Positions 43,684 through 53,851 are shown, counted from the stretch's first letter. The stretch: DNA of 64,000 nt from an uncultured Pseudanabaenaceae cyanobacterium (GCA_938021205.1 CALIGI010000082.1:1111-65110), one strand, 5' to 3'. Translations and numbers: made by a program. Notes: generated by a model not told the origin, from the sequence alone.

Positions 43684-45075
43684 TCAGGGATAGAAGGGGC
43701 GGAGGGCGCGGGCGATCGCTCCGGCGGCATTGCCATATTCATCGCTGGGCATGAGTTGGCAGGCCATGAGTTGGAGCTGTTCATCGAGGCTGTCGTGGCT
43801 TGTGAATTGTTCCATTAACCGCAGCGTTAAATCCCCGAGGGTTTCGGTTTGGAGCTTTGACCAGTCTCCGCTGGAGTTGAGGTCGAAGGGATAATACAAG
43901 GTCGAAAACAGCAGAATTTTGACCCGTAGGGGGTTGGCATAGCGCATCAGTTCCACCCGTAGCTCGGCGAGGCCTTGCCAGTCTAGGGATTGGGCTTGCT
44001 GCTCTACTGGGTTTGGATTGCCCTGGGCCGAATCGGTTTGTGATGAATCGGTATAGTCTGGGTTGTCCCATTGCTCTGGCGCTCGCTCGCTAGCGGGGGG
44101 GGCATCGAGGGGCTGTTGACTGGGCGATGTGGTTAAGTTTTCTCGCTGAAGACGATTACCCTGATCCCCGTCGATCCCCATGGGAATCAGCACACCCGTC
44201 GGTTCTGGGGTGTCGTCATCGTCGTAGAAGCCCAGGGGAATGGGGTCGACACCGCTTCCTGAGATTCTTTCAGGACCCGTGCTGAAGGGGTCTTCTGTTG
44301 AGTAGACCGCTTGAGTCGGGGACTGAAGTTCAGGGTCGGGGGCTGGCTGGCTGGTTGAGAGTTGCTCCAGGGGAGTATAGAGTTGGTGGCATTCTCGCTG
44401 AATGAGCTGGGCTACCAGCTCATATTCCATTTGCCGGTTTAGGGTGACCACCACATTGCGCAGGGCGCTGTGCAGAGCCTCCTCGTTCGCAGACATTTTG
44501 TGGAGCTGCTTGAGTAAGTTGGTGAAGCGGAAGCGACCTAGCATGACAGGATCATTGCTCCATTCGCCGCTACACACGGCATAGAGCAATTTCTTGATGC
44601 GGGTGGCGCTGGGGGATTGTTCTAGGGTGGCTGAAATTTCGTCGTAGGGGAGTGGGGGGAAGGGATTGCTATCGGCATCGATAGACCGTGTCTCGAAGGG
44701 GGAGAGGCGTTGAGCCGCAGGTTCGCTGGGGTTGAAGCCGTCTAATGAAGCCTCGGAGGGGAGGGCTGCTGCGCTGCTATCGCCTTGGTAAGCCTGTCTC
44801 GTAATCTTGAGCAGGGTGCGGCCTGCGGGAATAAAGGCTTTGCTTTCTGGGGCTTGGCTAAGGGCGCGACGTAGGGCCTGCTTGAGTTCTTCGAAGCTGC
44901 TGTAGCTGCGGGTTAGGTCCTGGACAAGATCCCGAAGACGGTAGAGATCGAGGAGATTGAGATCCTCGGGCCAACGGTTTTGATTTGCGGCAAAAGCAAG
45001 CTGGTGAATCTGTCGGCGCTCAGCCTGGGATTCCAGTTGTTGGGCCACTTCGTCGAGAAGCCAGGACGGTACCAT
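43684..45075 (-). CDS. uncharacterised protein with three copies of a helical domain of about 80 aa
   Basis: Internal repeats are anchored by RQIHQLAFAANQNRWPEDL...SFEELKQAL, TRIKKLLYAVCSGEWSNDP...NEEALHSAL and LRVKILLFSTLYYPFDLNSSGDW...SLDEQLQLM. Confidence 0.65.
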   Translation of the reverse strand: MVPSWLLDEVAQQLESQAERRQIHQLAFAANQNRWPEDLNLLDLYRLRDLVQDLTRSYSSFEELKQALRRALSQAPESKAFIPAGRTLLKITRQAYQGDSSAAALPSEASLDGFNPSEPAAQRLSPFETRSIDADSNPFPPLPYDEISATLEQSPSATRIKKLLYAVCSGEWSNDPVMLGRFRFTNLLKQLHKMSANEEALHSALRNVVVTLNRQMEYELVAQLIQRECHQLYTPLEQLSTSQPAPDPELQSPTQAVYSTEDPFSTGPERISGSGVDPIPLGFYDDDDTPEPTGVLIPMGIDGDQGNRLQRENLTTSPSQQPLDAPPASERAPEQWDNPDYTDSSQTDSAQGNPNPVEQQAQSLDWQGLAELRVELMRYANPLRVKILLFSTLYYPFDLNSSGDWSKLQTETLGDLTLRLMEQFTSHDSLDEQLQLMACQLMPSDEYGNAAGAIARALRPFYP

Positions 45076-45688
45076 AAGTTATTCGCGATTGCTCCCTTTG
45101 GGTTGCTGGGCTGTATGACCCAGAGTTATTTGGATAACCCTAAAACCGATTGCCCCGGTTTGTTGGTCATAGCCGGGCTCAATATTCAGAGCAACAGGAC
45201 GTTAAACCGAGCGGAAGGCGTGGATTGGTGTTTCCGAGACAAGCCTTCGTGGATAAAGGTGGCGAGGAAAAACCAATGGTTGTAAATGCCTTTGCCTGAC
45301 GCGTCACTAGCGTGACCGAAGCTATGGCAAGTCGTGTCCTGAGACTAGATGAACTCCCAATAATCATACTGAGTTCTGGGGGGAGCTGCTTTGAAAGTTC
45401 CTAGAAGTTTGGTTGAAGAGATTCTTTCGTTGGTGAGTTTGACGTCCCCTTGGTCGGTTTGCAGGTTCGAGGTGGGTGTGAACCATGATGCGTACAGATG
45501 AACTGTAAATATTGGCAGATTGTTGCTTGTTGGCAGCTCGTTAGATCGAATTTAGAGTAGCCAGGCAGTCCGTATGGTCCGGTTGGGCGGGTTGGCCTGC
45601 TGAATCCCAGCGTCGCGGGAGATGACGTGGGGATTTGAGGGCTGTATGGGCACTGGGGGCGCTGGAGCGGCAATGGCTTGATTGTCTT

Positions 45689-45717
45689 GGGTTGGTTGGG
45701 TGGTGGTTGGTGGTGGG
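45689..45717. repeat. (GGT/GGTT)n G-tract
   Basis: GGGTTGGTTGGGTGGTGGTTGGTGGTGGG. Confidence 0.7.
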
Positions 45718-45751
45718 CGATCGCACATCCTCTTGGGATTGTTGGGGGATT

Positions 45752-45788
45752 AAAAAAATAGAGGGACAGGTCATAACCCTGTTCCTCT
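45752..45788 (-). terminator. intrinsic terminator of the adenosine deaminase gene
   Basis: The minus strand reads AGAGGAACAGGG-ttatga-CCTGTCCCTCT followed by ATTTTTTTA. Confidence 0.65.
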
Positions 45789-45813
45789 ACAACGTACAGA
45801 AAATCCTAGGGAT

Positions 45814-46854
45814 TTAGCCTAGCGGGCTGACTACGCCAAGTTCTGGATGCAACACACTATTCAAAATCGTTTCGGGGCGAGCCTTGTGATTCCAGGCAAA
45901 GGCATGCTTGAAGGCTGCGTCCTGGCAGGCTCGTAGCTGTTCGAAGTTGATGATGTTGTGGGTGAGTAGGTTCTCGTATTCAAAGGGCAGGCGCACATTG
46001 TGCAGACCCGCATTGTCCGTGCAGATGGCAATGTCCACGCCCGCTTCAAAGCAGCGATCGAAGACGACCTTGAGCTGGTCTAGACTTTCCATTGTCCCCG
46101 TCTGTAAATAGGTAGTGGGGCAGACTTCCAGACATTGGCCACGAGCGGCGACATCTTTGAGCAGCTCAGGATACAGCAGGGGGATCTGGATGCCGTGGCC
46201 GACCCGTTTGAGGTAAGGCAGTAGCTCGGGGAAGCAACCCTCGGTGGTTTCAAAGAGGTGGCCGGTGGTATTAATGCCTCGGGCCAGGGCGTATTGGTAC
46301 AGCTCAACAAATTCGGGCAGACGCTCTTGATATTCTAGATTGCCGCCCGCTAGGTCTACGCCACAGACATATTGGGGGAATTGGACAGCCAGGTCGATCA
46401 TGGCTTTGTTGACCTCGAAGGGGAGCTTCGAGTGCATGCAAAGGATCTGACTGTTGACGATGGGGTAGGGCTGGTTTTGGCTGGCCTCGCCCACCACTTG
46501 GATGATTTCGGCGGTGGCATCGATGCGATCGCTCTGGCTCAATTCCTCTGGGGTACGCAAGTAAGGGCTATAGCGCAGCTCTAGATAGGCTAAGTTTTCA
46601 AAAACATAGGCTCCTCGCAACAGGCGGTAGATGAAATAGGGCAGGGTGTCTGCCGTTTGCACCTTCTCAACGATGGTGTGGAGTTCCAGGTATTCGTCCA
46701 GGGTGTTACGAGGACGAGTGTAGAAGTCTTCAAAGTCGGCGTAGTCTTCAAACTGGGTGGACTGGCCCGGCTCATTGCGCTGGAAGTAGCGCCACAGAAT
46801 GCGAGGGACAACGGAGCCGCCGAGGTGGCGATGCAGTTCTGCGTATAGGGCCAT
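45814..46854 (-). CDS. add: adenosine/adenine deaminase family protein
   Basis: ELHRHLGGS metal-binding HxH, VDLAG, TGHLFE and ICTDNAG. Confidence 0.8.
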   Translation of the reverse strand: MALYAELHRHLGGSVVPRILWRYFQRNEPGQSTQFEDYADFEDFYTRPRNTLDEYLELHTIVEKVQTADTLPYFIYRLLRGAYVFENLAYLELRYSPYLRTPEELSQSDRIDATAEIIQVVGEASQNQPYPIVNSQILCMHSKLPFEVNKAMIDLAVQFPQYVCGVDLAGGNLEYQERLPEFVELYQYALARGINTTGHLFETTEGCFPELLPYLKRVGHGIQIPLLYPELLKDVAARGQCLEVCPTTYLQTGTMESLDQLKVVFDRCFEAGVDIAICTDNAGLHNVRLPFEYENLLTHNIINFEQLRACQDAAFKHAFAWNHKARPETILNSVLHPELGVVSPLG

Positions 46855-47236
46855 GGTCTCTTTCTCCTAACAAGATGAGCAGTGGTGTAATTGCGATGGA
46901 GCTGTTGCAAAAAATGACTGCGAAAATCGCAGCCTGTGGACAGCAAGGAGCTTGGTTAACTGGAAAGTTCTAGGGGCCGTAGCGGTTGTGATGGACGTAA
47001 ATGCCAATACGATTTGTCGTCAATCAAGTGCGCCAATGAAGATTGGCTAAGCAGAATCCGCTAATGCGTATTTAAGAAATGCTAACGCAGGGAGTGAATC
47101 TTTGTTCGGTTATGAAATTAAACCTCTGGGGGGTCTGACCCTAGGATCACCCCGGTGCATCTATGTTCCTTGGCTTACGACCTATGGCGATTGATAAATC
47201 TTCGTGACGAAACCGTTGTGAAGCCGTACGGCACTG

Positions 47237-48013
47237 ATGTTGAGAGATTTTATTAGAGATATGAGCCAAACTAACCCTGATCCCGCTGCCCAGCCTCCGC
47301 TGCAGTCGTTTCCTGCCAATGTTCCGCCTACGCCGGAGCCCACCTATGAAGTGGTCCAGGCGGCGATGTTTCAAATGTGGGATGCAGTTAATCAGTTGAG
47401 CGAGATTCCGCCGCCGCCCTGCGAACGCTATCGAGTGACGATCTTTGGCTCAGCGCGGCTTAAACCCACAGACCCGCTCTATCAAGATGTCCAGCATTTG
47501 GCCCGGGAGCTGACCCGCATGGGCTGCGACATTGTCACCGGGGGGGGGCCAGGCTTGATGGAAGCGGCCAATCAGGGGAGCGTCGATGCTGATCCCCATA
47601 ATCAAACCCAGTCCATTGGTCTGCGCATTGACTTGGATTTTGAGCAACATGCCAATCCCTTTGTCGAGCAGTTGCATAGCCACCGAACTTTCTTCTCACG
47701 ACTGCACCACTTCGTTTTGCTCTCCAATGCCTTTGTTGTGGTGCCCGGTGGTATCGGCACGGCGCTGGAAACGCTGATGGTGTGGCAGCTCTTGCAGGTC
47801 AAGAAGCTTAATCAAGATATGCCGCTGATTATGGTGGGGGATATGTGGAAGGGGCTGGTGGATTGGGCGAGTCATTCCATGCTGGGAGCCACGCCCCAAA
47901 TGGCCAGCCCGGAGGATATGGAGATTCCTCGCTGTGTTTCGACGATGGAAGAGGCGATCGTGGCGCTCAAGACTTCCAAGTCCCTGTGGGAACACAACTG
48001 TAACTGTGGTTAG
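47237..48013 (+). CDS. LOG family protein (TIGR00730-type nucleotide phosphoribohydrolase)
   Basis: TIFGSAR, GGGPGLMEAAN and VVPGGIGTALE. An alternative ATG is at 47261. Confidence 0.8.
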   Translation: MLRDFIRDMSQTNPDPAAQPPLQSFPANVPPTPEPTYEVVQAAMFQMWDAVNQLSEIPPPPCERYRVTIFGSARLKPTDPLYQDVQHLARELTRMGCDIVTGGGPGLMEAANQGSVDADPHNQTQSIGLRIDLDFEQHANPFVEQLHSHRTFFSRLHHFVLLSNAFVVVPGGIGTALETLMVWQLLQVKKLNQDMPLIMVGDMWKGLVDWASHSMLGATPQMASPEDMEIPRCVSTMEEAIVALKTSKSLWEHNCNCG

Positions 48014-48553
48014 GTTGTTCGGTTAGCAACTTTTTCGAGCTGAGAAACCCTTGTGAGGATTGAGCTATGGCCTTTGGGACTGTCGCATATTGGGCCATGC
48101 CGCTGATGGCTGGGTTGTCCGGATTCCCGTGAAACGGCTGAGTGCTTGGGGGATTGATCCTGGGTAAACTGTCTGTAATACCTTCGACATACTAGAACTT
48201 TGCCCTGGCGTGACTGCTGGGGCTTTTTCTTGGAACATTGCTCTGGGCACCAATCTCTTCAATCATGGGGCAAGCCTAGGTCAGGCTGGGCGATCGCACT
48301 GGTGCTGAGTATGGAGACTTTGACTTCGCGATCGCGAGCTACGAAAGCAGAGCCCAGGGAAAATATTGGGTTTTGGATGGATAATTGAAGCTGGTGAGGC
48401 ATTGGGGGACGGGTTCCCCGTGATGTGCTGTTTCCTGGTTTGCGGCTGATAGAGCCATCTCCATCTCTGGCCCATTCTCCGGAAAGTTGAATTTTTCTGT
48501 TGTATGGCTGGCCTTAAGGAGTTGCTCAGAATGAATTCGAATCGGCTAGTACT

Positions 48554-49297
48554 GTGACCTATTTCTTGCCTGCAATCTTGACGCTTTTTAATGCTTTGCC
48601 CCTGGGGCTGACTGCTAGGGGGCTGCGTAACTTTGTTGAACGCGGCTCTTGCAAGGTGATTCCGCCCCTGTGCAGCCTGGCCGATAGCCGCTGGATCTCG
48701 TGGAATTTGTTTTTGGCGCTGATTCCTTTGGTGCTGAGCTTCTGGCTGTTTCGTCGTGGGGCTGGGCGGAAGCGATCGCTCCTATGGTGGTCGACCTTTC
48801 TGGCCTATATGGCTTTTTTGCCCAATGCTCCCTATTTGCTGACTGACATTATCCATTTCGTTAAGTCAATCAATTATGGCTATTCCATTTGGGTGATTGT
48901 CTTGTTAGTGTTGCCGATGCATTTCGTGGCGATCGTTGGAGGCTTCCAGGCTTATGTGCTGGCGTTGATTAATCAGCAACATTACTTGGTGCGCCAGGGG
49001 GCGGCTCGCTGGGTTAATCTAGCGGAGCTGATGACTCATGCCCTCTGTGCTGTGGGGATTTACTTGGGTCGTTTTGATCGCCTCAATAGCTGGGATTTGG
49101 TCCAAGATCCCACGGCAGTTTTCTATCGGCTTCTGTATACCCTCACGGCTAAACGACCTGTGCTGGTGACATTCATTACCTTTGTGATTATTACGGTACT
49201 TTACTGGGTGATGAAGCAAATTACCCTGGGCTTAGTGCTGCGTTATCGACAGCTCAAAGCAGGTGATCCCTATGGTTTGAAGGGGACTTCTTTGTAG
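48554..49297 (+). CDS. DUF1361-like integral membrane protein (GTG start)
   Basis: WNLFLALIPLVLS and LPNAPYLLTDIIHF. Multi-pass membrane protein. Confidence 0.55.
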   Translation: MTYFLPAILTLFNALPLGLTARGLRNFVERGSCKVIPPLCSLADSRWISWNLFLALIPLVLSFWLFRRGAGRKRSLLWWSTFLAYMAFLPNAPYLLTDIIHFVKSINYGYSIWVIVLLVLPMHFVAIVGGFQAYVLALINQQHYLVRQGAARWVNLAELMTHALCAVGIYLGRFDRLNSWDLVQDPTAVFYRLLYTLTAKRPVLVTFITFVIITVLYWVMKQITLGLVLRYRQLKAGDPYGLKGTSL

Positions 49298-49305
49298 GGG
49301 GGAGT

Positions 49306-49339
49306 CTGCTGGGGGAGGCGGTGGCGATCGCCCCAGCAG
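49306..49339. terminator. hairpin between convergent genes
   Basis: CTGCTGGGG / CCCCAGCAG stem around a HIP1 site. No clear U-tract. Confidence 0.35.
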
Positions 49340-49346
49340 GGTCAAG

Positions 49347-49922
49347 CTAAATCCCTAGTAGCTCGGCCATTACCACAGTCTCCGATTCCCTCAGCGTTGC
49401 AAGCCGTGAGGCAGATAGCTGAGCAGTGGCTTGGCTGTCGACTAGTTGATCGGGATTGAGCAAAAATTGTAGAGGTTGCTCCGCATTGGCCGTCGTCATG
49501 CCATCCACACATTGGATTTCATAGGTCTTTGGCAGGGGCAATAGCTCACTCTCAGCTAGGCGACAGAGGGAGGGGGGTGAATCAATGGGGAGCGTAATGC
49601 GGTGCTCCTGTTGTGTAGTAGGGATTGATAAGGCGGTGATGATCAGAGCAATTTGCTGCCGAGAGGCTTGAGCATGGGAGGGGGAGTCGGGCTCTTCGAT
49701 GCGGTTAAAGATTTGCCGATCTATGGAGACGACTGGCAAGATATCTTCCTGGAAGTTGATGTATCGGAGCGGGCAGCAGTCATGCTCAAAGACGATCGCT
49801 CGCTGAACAGCATCAATGGGTATGAGAAAGCCCATGCCACGCATCTTGAACGTGATGAGCTGTTGCTGGACCTCGACTTTGCGATCGTTGATGCGGGGAA
49901 GGCGAGCAGCGCGGGTGGCCAT
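49347..49922 (-). CDS. CheW-like domain protein (divergent, downstream of cheA)
   Basis: LITFKMRGMGFLIPIDAVQRAIVFE...ILPVVSIDRQIF...IALIIT follows the CheW beta-strand pattern. Confidence 0.6.
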   Translation of the reverse strand: MATRAARLPRINDRKVEVQQQLITFKMRGMGFLIPIDAVQRAIVFEHDCCPLRYINFQEDILPVVSIDRQIFNRIEEPDSPSHAQASRQQIALIITALSIPTTQQEHRITLPIDSPPSLCRLAESELLPLPKTYEIQCVDGMTTANAEQPLQFLLNPDQLVDSQATAQLSASRLATLRESETVVMAELLGI

Positions 49923-50028
49923 GGGTTTTGTGTCAGAAATGGAATGTTAGGGGCAGGGCTTTCCACCTAAAGAAATGCTCAGGCGAGAAAGGGGTGGAGC
50001 GATGCCCCTAGGGAAAATGGATCATGGA

Positions 50029-53000
50029 TCAAACGATTGCGAGTTCCGGCAATGCCTGGGAATTGCCAAACGATGCAGATAGTTCGATCAATTGTTCCAA
50101 GCTTTGCAGCAGTTGAGTTTGCTTGAAGGGCTTGGAGAAGTAATCAGCGGCTCCCAGGCTCATGGCGAGCTGGCGATGCTTGTCTCCGCTGCGGGAGGTG
50201 AGCATGACTACGGGAATGTCCTCGCAGTTTGGGAGGCTCTTGACCTGGGCCAGGAAGCCAAAACCATCCAGGCGAGGCATTTCTACGTCGCTCATGATCA
50301 CATCAGCGGTGATGCCGCTCTGGAGTTGGTCGATCGCATCTTGCCCATCCTTGGCCTGTTCCACGTGGTAACCCGCTTTTTCCAGCGTGATGCTGAGGAA
50401 GCGGCGTACGTTGATGGAGTCGTCGATGACGAGTACCGTACGTTTGTTGCTGATTGCTATGGGGAGGGCCAAGTTTTGCTCATGCAAATCCTGGCGCTGG
50501 GCATCGCGCAATACCCAGCTCATCAGTTTTTCCATTTCCACTAGGGGAACGACGCGGCCATCGCCCAGGACAACGCAGCCAGAGAAGCCCTGGGGTAGAC
50601 TGATTTTGCCTTCTACGGTTCGGGTGGTGACTTCCTGCTCACCCCAATAGCGATCGCATTCAATGGCGTAGGGTTCGTCTCCATGGGTCACGATCAGGGC
50701 GGAGCTTTGATCGATGATGGGAGAGCTTTCTGTTTCTAACTTAATCAGGGGGCGGACGAAGTGGAGCCAGTTCTGAAGGCGTAGTAGGGGAACGGTGTAG
50801 CCCTGCCATTCCAATAGGTCTTGCTCAGCAGCCTGTACAATTTTCTGTTGTTCTAACAACAACATCTCTTCGACGATATTGGCTGGAAACGCCATGACCA
50901 TGCCTTGGCATTCCACGACCAGCACTCGCGTCACCGAAAGAGAAAGGGGCACGGTTAGGGTAAAGGTACTGCCTTGACCGGTCTTGGTTTCGACGGTGAT
51001 GTCTCCTTGGATGTCTCGCAGGTTGCTGCGGACCACATCCATGCCGACCCCTCGACCGGAGAGGCTCGTGACTTGTTCGGCGGTGCTGAAGCCGGGCTCA
51101 AAGATGAGATTGACCAGCTCTTTGTCGCCCGAGACCTCGATTTCGGCAGGCGTCAGGCCCATGCTGAGTACCTTGCTGCGAATCTTCTCTAGGTTGATGC
51201 CTGCACCATCATCTTGGATGGTGATGGCGACTTGGTTGCCGCGATAGCTCGCGCCAATTTCGATATTGCCTTGGGGCGTTTTGCCTTGGGTGATGCGAGT
51301 CTCGCGGTCCTCAATGCCGTGGTCAAAGCAGTTGCGTAGCAGGTGCATGAGGGGATCTTGGAGCGCCTCAATAATGGTGCGCTCAATTAAGGTGTTGCTG
51401 CCCCGGACCTGAAGATCCACCTGTTTGTCATGGGCCATGGAGAGCTCCCGCAGTAGACGAGGGAAGCGATCGGTGATGGCGGACAGAGGGCGCATCCGCA
51501 TCTGGTTCATGCCCACTTGGAGTTGTTGGGCCGTGCGGTTGAGGCTACGAGAGACGGTTTCGGTTTCTCCCAGGGCTAGTTCGATATCGCTGGTCACTTC
51601 CTGGATTTGTACGACGCTGTCGATGATTTCCTGGGAGACGAGGTGCAGTTCGCTATATTGATCCATTTCCAGCAGGTCGAAGCTGTTGGATAGGGACTGA
51701 GTGCTTGGGATGGGGGTTGAGGGGGGTGGGGTCGTGCTTGGGTTTGCAGGGGTGGAGTTGTTGTGGGTGTTGGAAAGTTGTTGGGTGGCACCGCGATCAT
51801 AGGATTGGCGCAGGATGTTGTTTGCCTGGTCTAGGGACTTAACCCGTTGGTTGAGTAGGCCAAATAAGGTGCTGAGGTAGCCTAGTTGTATGCCCAAGCC
51901 GTTGCGATCAGTGGTGAGTTCGCCGAGGAGTTCTCCGAGGCGCTCTAACTTGCGCACGGAGACGCGGATGCTGGTGTCTTGTCCGGTGGTCGAGCTATTG
52001 TCATGTTCGTCAGTTGAGCTATTGTCAGCTTCTGACTCCGTCAATATGCTGGAGGTGAGCTGGGCGGCTTCTTGGGCGATCGCGTTGTGGTTCACCCCAG
52101 GTTCTTGAGGTGGTTCTGCTGTGGTGGGATTGGTGCTGTTAAAGTCGGCTAGCTCCTCTAGGTCAAAGGCTTCGTCGTTGAGAAAAATGCTGACTAACGT
52201 CTCTGCATCAAGGGCTGTCGGTTCTGAGCTTTCGGCTTCTGACGGCAGATCCGTCGCCGATGCCGGGAGAGGGCTAGGTTCAATTTTGGGTCTAGTCCCT
52301 GGTTCTGAGGATGCTTGGGGCGCTTCTAGGTCGTTCCCATTGGCCTGTTGAAGATCAGGTTGCTCTGTGCTTGAGAACGCGGGAGATTCTTCTAGGGGCA
52401 GATTGTCCGTGATTACTTCGTCTGCTTCTGGGGATATGACTGCTGCGGCTGGGGCTAAGGCGATCGCTTCAAGGCTAAAGTCCTCTGGCGTCATGCCCTC
52501 AAAGAGGCTGTCTAGCACGGCTTCATCAGCAGAAGCGATCGCCTCCACGGATATCTCAGGGGTGGGAGTGGTGGCGGTGGGAGCAGAGTCGTGGGTTGTA
52601 TTGTGCTGTGGGCTTGGTGATTCTGGGGACTGAGATTCTGGGGGCTGGGTATCCACAAGTCCCCCTAGGTTCAATAGATCCGCGAGGGAACTTTCAGTGT
52701 CTAAGCAGTCAGCTAGACCTGAGAAATTGGATGGTTCAATGCTCTCTCCCAAGTCTTCGGGGAAAAGGTCTTGAATTTGAGGGGCTGGCGTTGGTGTCTC
52801 TGATGATTCAGCTAGACTAGTTGTGTCAGCATTTTTGCCTGGCTGATCGGTCTCTTGGGTTGATGTGATCGCTGCTTTGATCGCTTGAGGCAAGAGAACA
52901 GTTTCCGGAATGAGCCCCGCTTGACCCACCAGGACGAGCCCATGGCTGCGTCGCAGGGGCTTGAGCACAGCTTGACAAACCTCCACGAGGTCACTTTCAG

Positions 53001-53661
53001 GGCAGTCGGTACAAAGCTGTAAACCGTGGTTACAGAGGGCGATGAACGGGCTGATTTCTAGCATTTCCCCCAGGCTGCCCATTTCTGCACAGGCGATGAG
53101 AAATTCCTGGCGGAGTAACGGGAGATCAGGATCCTGGATTGCCCCTTCAAGACGATCTAGGCAGGGACCAATTTCACTTTCAAACAGCATGACGCCCATG
53201 TCGCCACCCGCATCGGCCGCGAGACTGGCCTGCTCGTCAGCAGCAGTGGGGTCACCGAGGCGATCATATAGTTGGTCAAGCAACGGCTGGGTGTTGGCTT
53301 CAAGCCAGCCTGCATCAATACCGGAGCGCTCCCGGTAAAGCTCCAACATCTGGCTCATGCGATCCACTGCGCTGAGGAATAGGCGTTCGAGTTCACCTTC
53401 GGGCTCATAGCGTCCTCCCTGGAGGACTTTGAAGAAATCCTCCAAGCGATGGGCGACTTGGCTGAGTTCATGGAAGCCCATTAAGGCGGCTCCACCCTTG
53501 ATGGAATGGGCGGCTCGCAAGATTCCATCAATGGCTTCACGGGTGAGTTTTTGTTCGCCCAGTCCCAATAAGGCTGACTCGATGGTGTCCAGATACTCCT
53601 GGGCTTCCTCCAGGAACTGGAGGCGCACTAGCCATTCTTGATCTGACATTTGCTCCGACAT
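50029..53661 (-). CDS. hybrid CheA-type histidine kinase (Hpt, long acidic/Pro-rich linker, dimerisation, HATPase, CheW-like, REC); PilL/HmpE-like
   Basis: Hpt AAHSIKGGAALMG, N-box HLLRNCFDHGIE, G1 DDGAGI and G2 GRGVGMDVV. C-terminal REC: VLVIDDS...IMSDVEMPRLDG...MLTS...FSKPF. Confidence 0.9.
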   Translation of the reverse strand: MSEQMSDQEWLVRLQFLEEAQEYLDTIESALLGLGEQKLTREAIDGILRAAHSIKGGAALMGFHELSQVAHRLEDFFKVLQGGRYEPEGELERLFLSAVDRMSQMLELYRERSGIDAGWLEANTQPLLDQLYDRLGDPTAADEQASLAADAGGDMGVMLFESEIGPCLDRLEGAIQDPDLPLLRQEFLIACAEMGSLGEMLEISPFIALCNHGLQLCTDCPESDLVEVCQAVLKPLRRSHGLVLVGQAGLIPETVLLPQAIKAAITSTQETDQPGKNADTTSLAESSETPTPAPQIQDLFPEDLGESIEPSNFSGLADCLDTESSLADLLNLGGLVDTQPPESQSPESPSPQHNTTHDSAPTATTPTPEISVEAIASADEAVLDSLFEGMTPEDFSLEAIALAPAAAVISPEADEVITDNLPLEESPAFSSTEQPDLQQANGNDLEAPQASSEPGTRPKIEPSPLPASATDLPSEAESSEPTALDAETLVSIFLNDEAFDLEELADFNSTNPTTAEPPQEPGVNHNAIAQEAAQLTSSILTESEADNSSTDEHDNSSTTGQDTSIRVSVRKLERLGELLGELTTDRNGLGIQLGYLSTLFGLLNQRVKSLDQANNILRQSYDRGATQQLSNTHNNSTPANPSTTPPPSTPIPSTQSLSNSFDLLEMDQYSELHLVSQEIIDSVVQIQEVTSDIELALGETETVSRSLNRTAQQLQVGMNQMRMRPLSAITDRFPRLLRELSMAHDKQVDLQVRGSNTLIERTIIEALQDPLMHLLRNCFDHGIEDRETRITQGKTPQGNIEIGASYRGNQVAITIQDDGAGINLEKIRSKVLSMGLTPAEIEVSGDKELVNLIFEPGFSTAEQVTSLSGRGVGMDVVRSNLRDIQGDITVETKTGQGSTFTLTVPLSLSVTRVLVVECQGMVMAFPANIVEEMLLLEQQKIVQAAEQDLLEWQGYTVPLLRLQNWLHFVRPLIKLETESSPIIDQSSALIVTHGDEPYAIECDRYWGEQEVTTRTVEGKISLPQGFSGCVVLGDGRVVPLVEMEKLMSWVLRDAQRQDLHEQNLALPIAISNKRTVLVIDDSINVRRFLSITLEKAGYHVEQAKDGQDAIDQLQSGITADVIMSDVEMPRLDGFGFLAQVKSLPNCEDIPVVMLTSRSGDKHRQLAMSLGAADYFSKPFKQTQLLQSLEQLIELSASFGNSQALPELAIV

Positions 53662-53851
53662 CTGAATCTGGCATCCTAAAACGGGGTGGGCGAAAACGGG
53701 TGAGCGAAGATTTGACTAGGCGCGCATTGGAGGCATAGGACTGGGCGGCGATCGCCCTAGCCCAATTGTCAAAAGGGAGTCCAGAACTCGACAATCCATG
53801 GCCATGGGGATGGCCTCTCAGTCTCGAGTTCCTACCTTGGCGAGGCATAAA

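Noticed and set aside
48014-48553. 540-bp spacer before the DUF1361 gene, checked for TPP, cobalamin or other riboswitch signatures (a CTGAG string is present).
   Set aside because: The conserved riboswitch cores (for example ACCTGATCTGGATAATGCCAGCG or a B12 box) are absent.
50092-53641. Numerous 60-150-aa plus-strand ORFs inside cheA, with similar ones inside the MCP gene (53954-56173).
   Set aside because: They are all antisense to long genes with strong domain signatures. Their compositions are skewed (Ser/Arg/Ala-rich), so they are treated as shadow ORFs.
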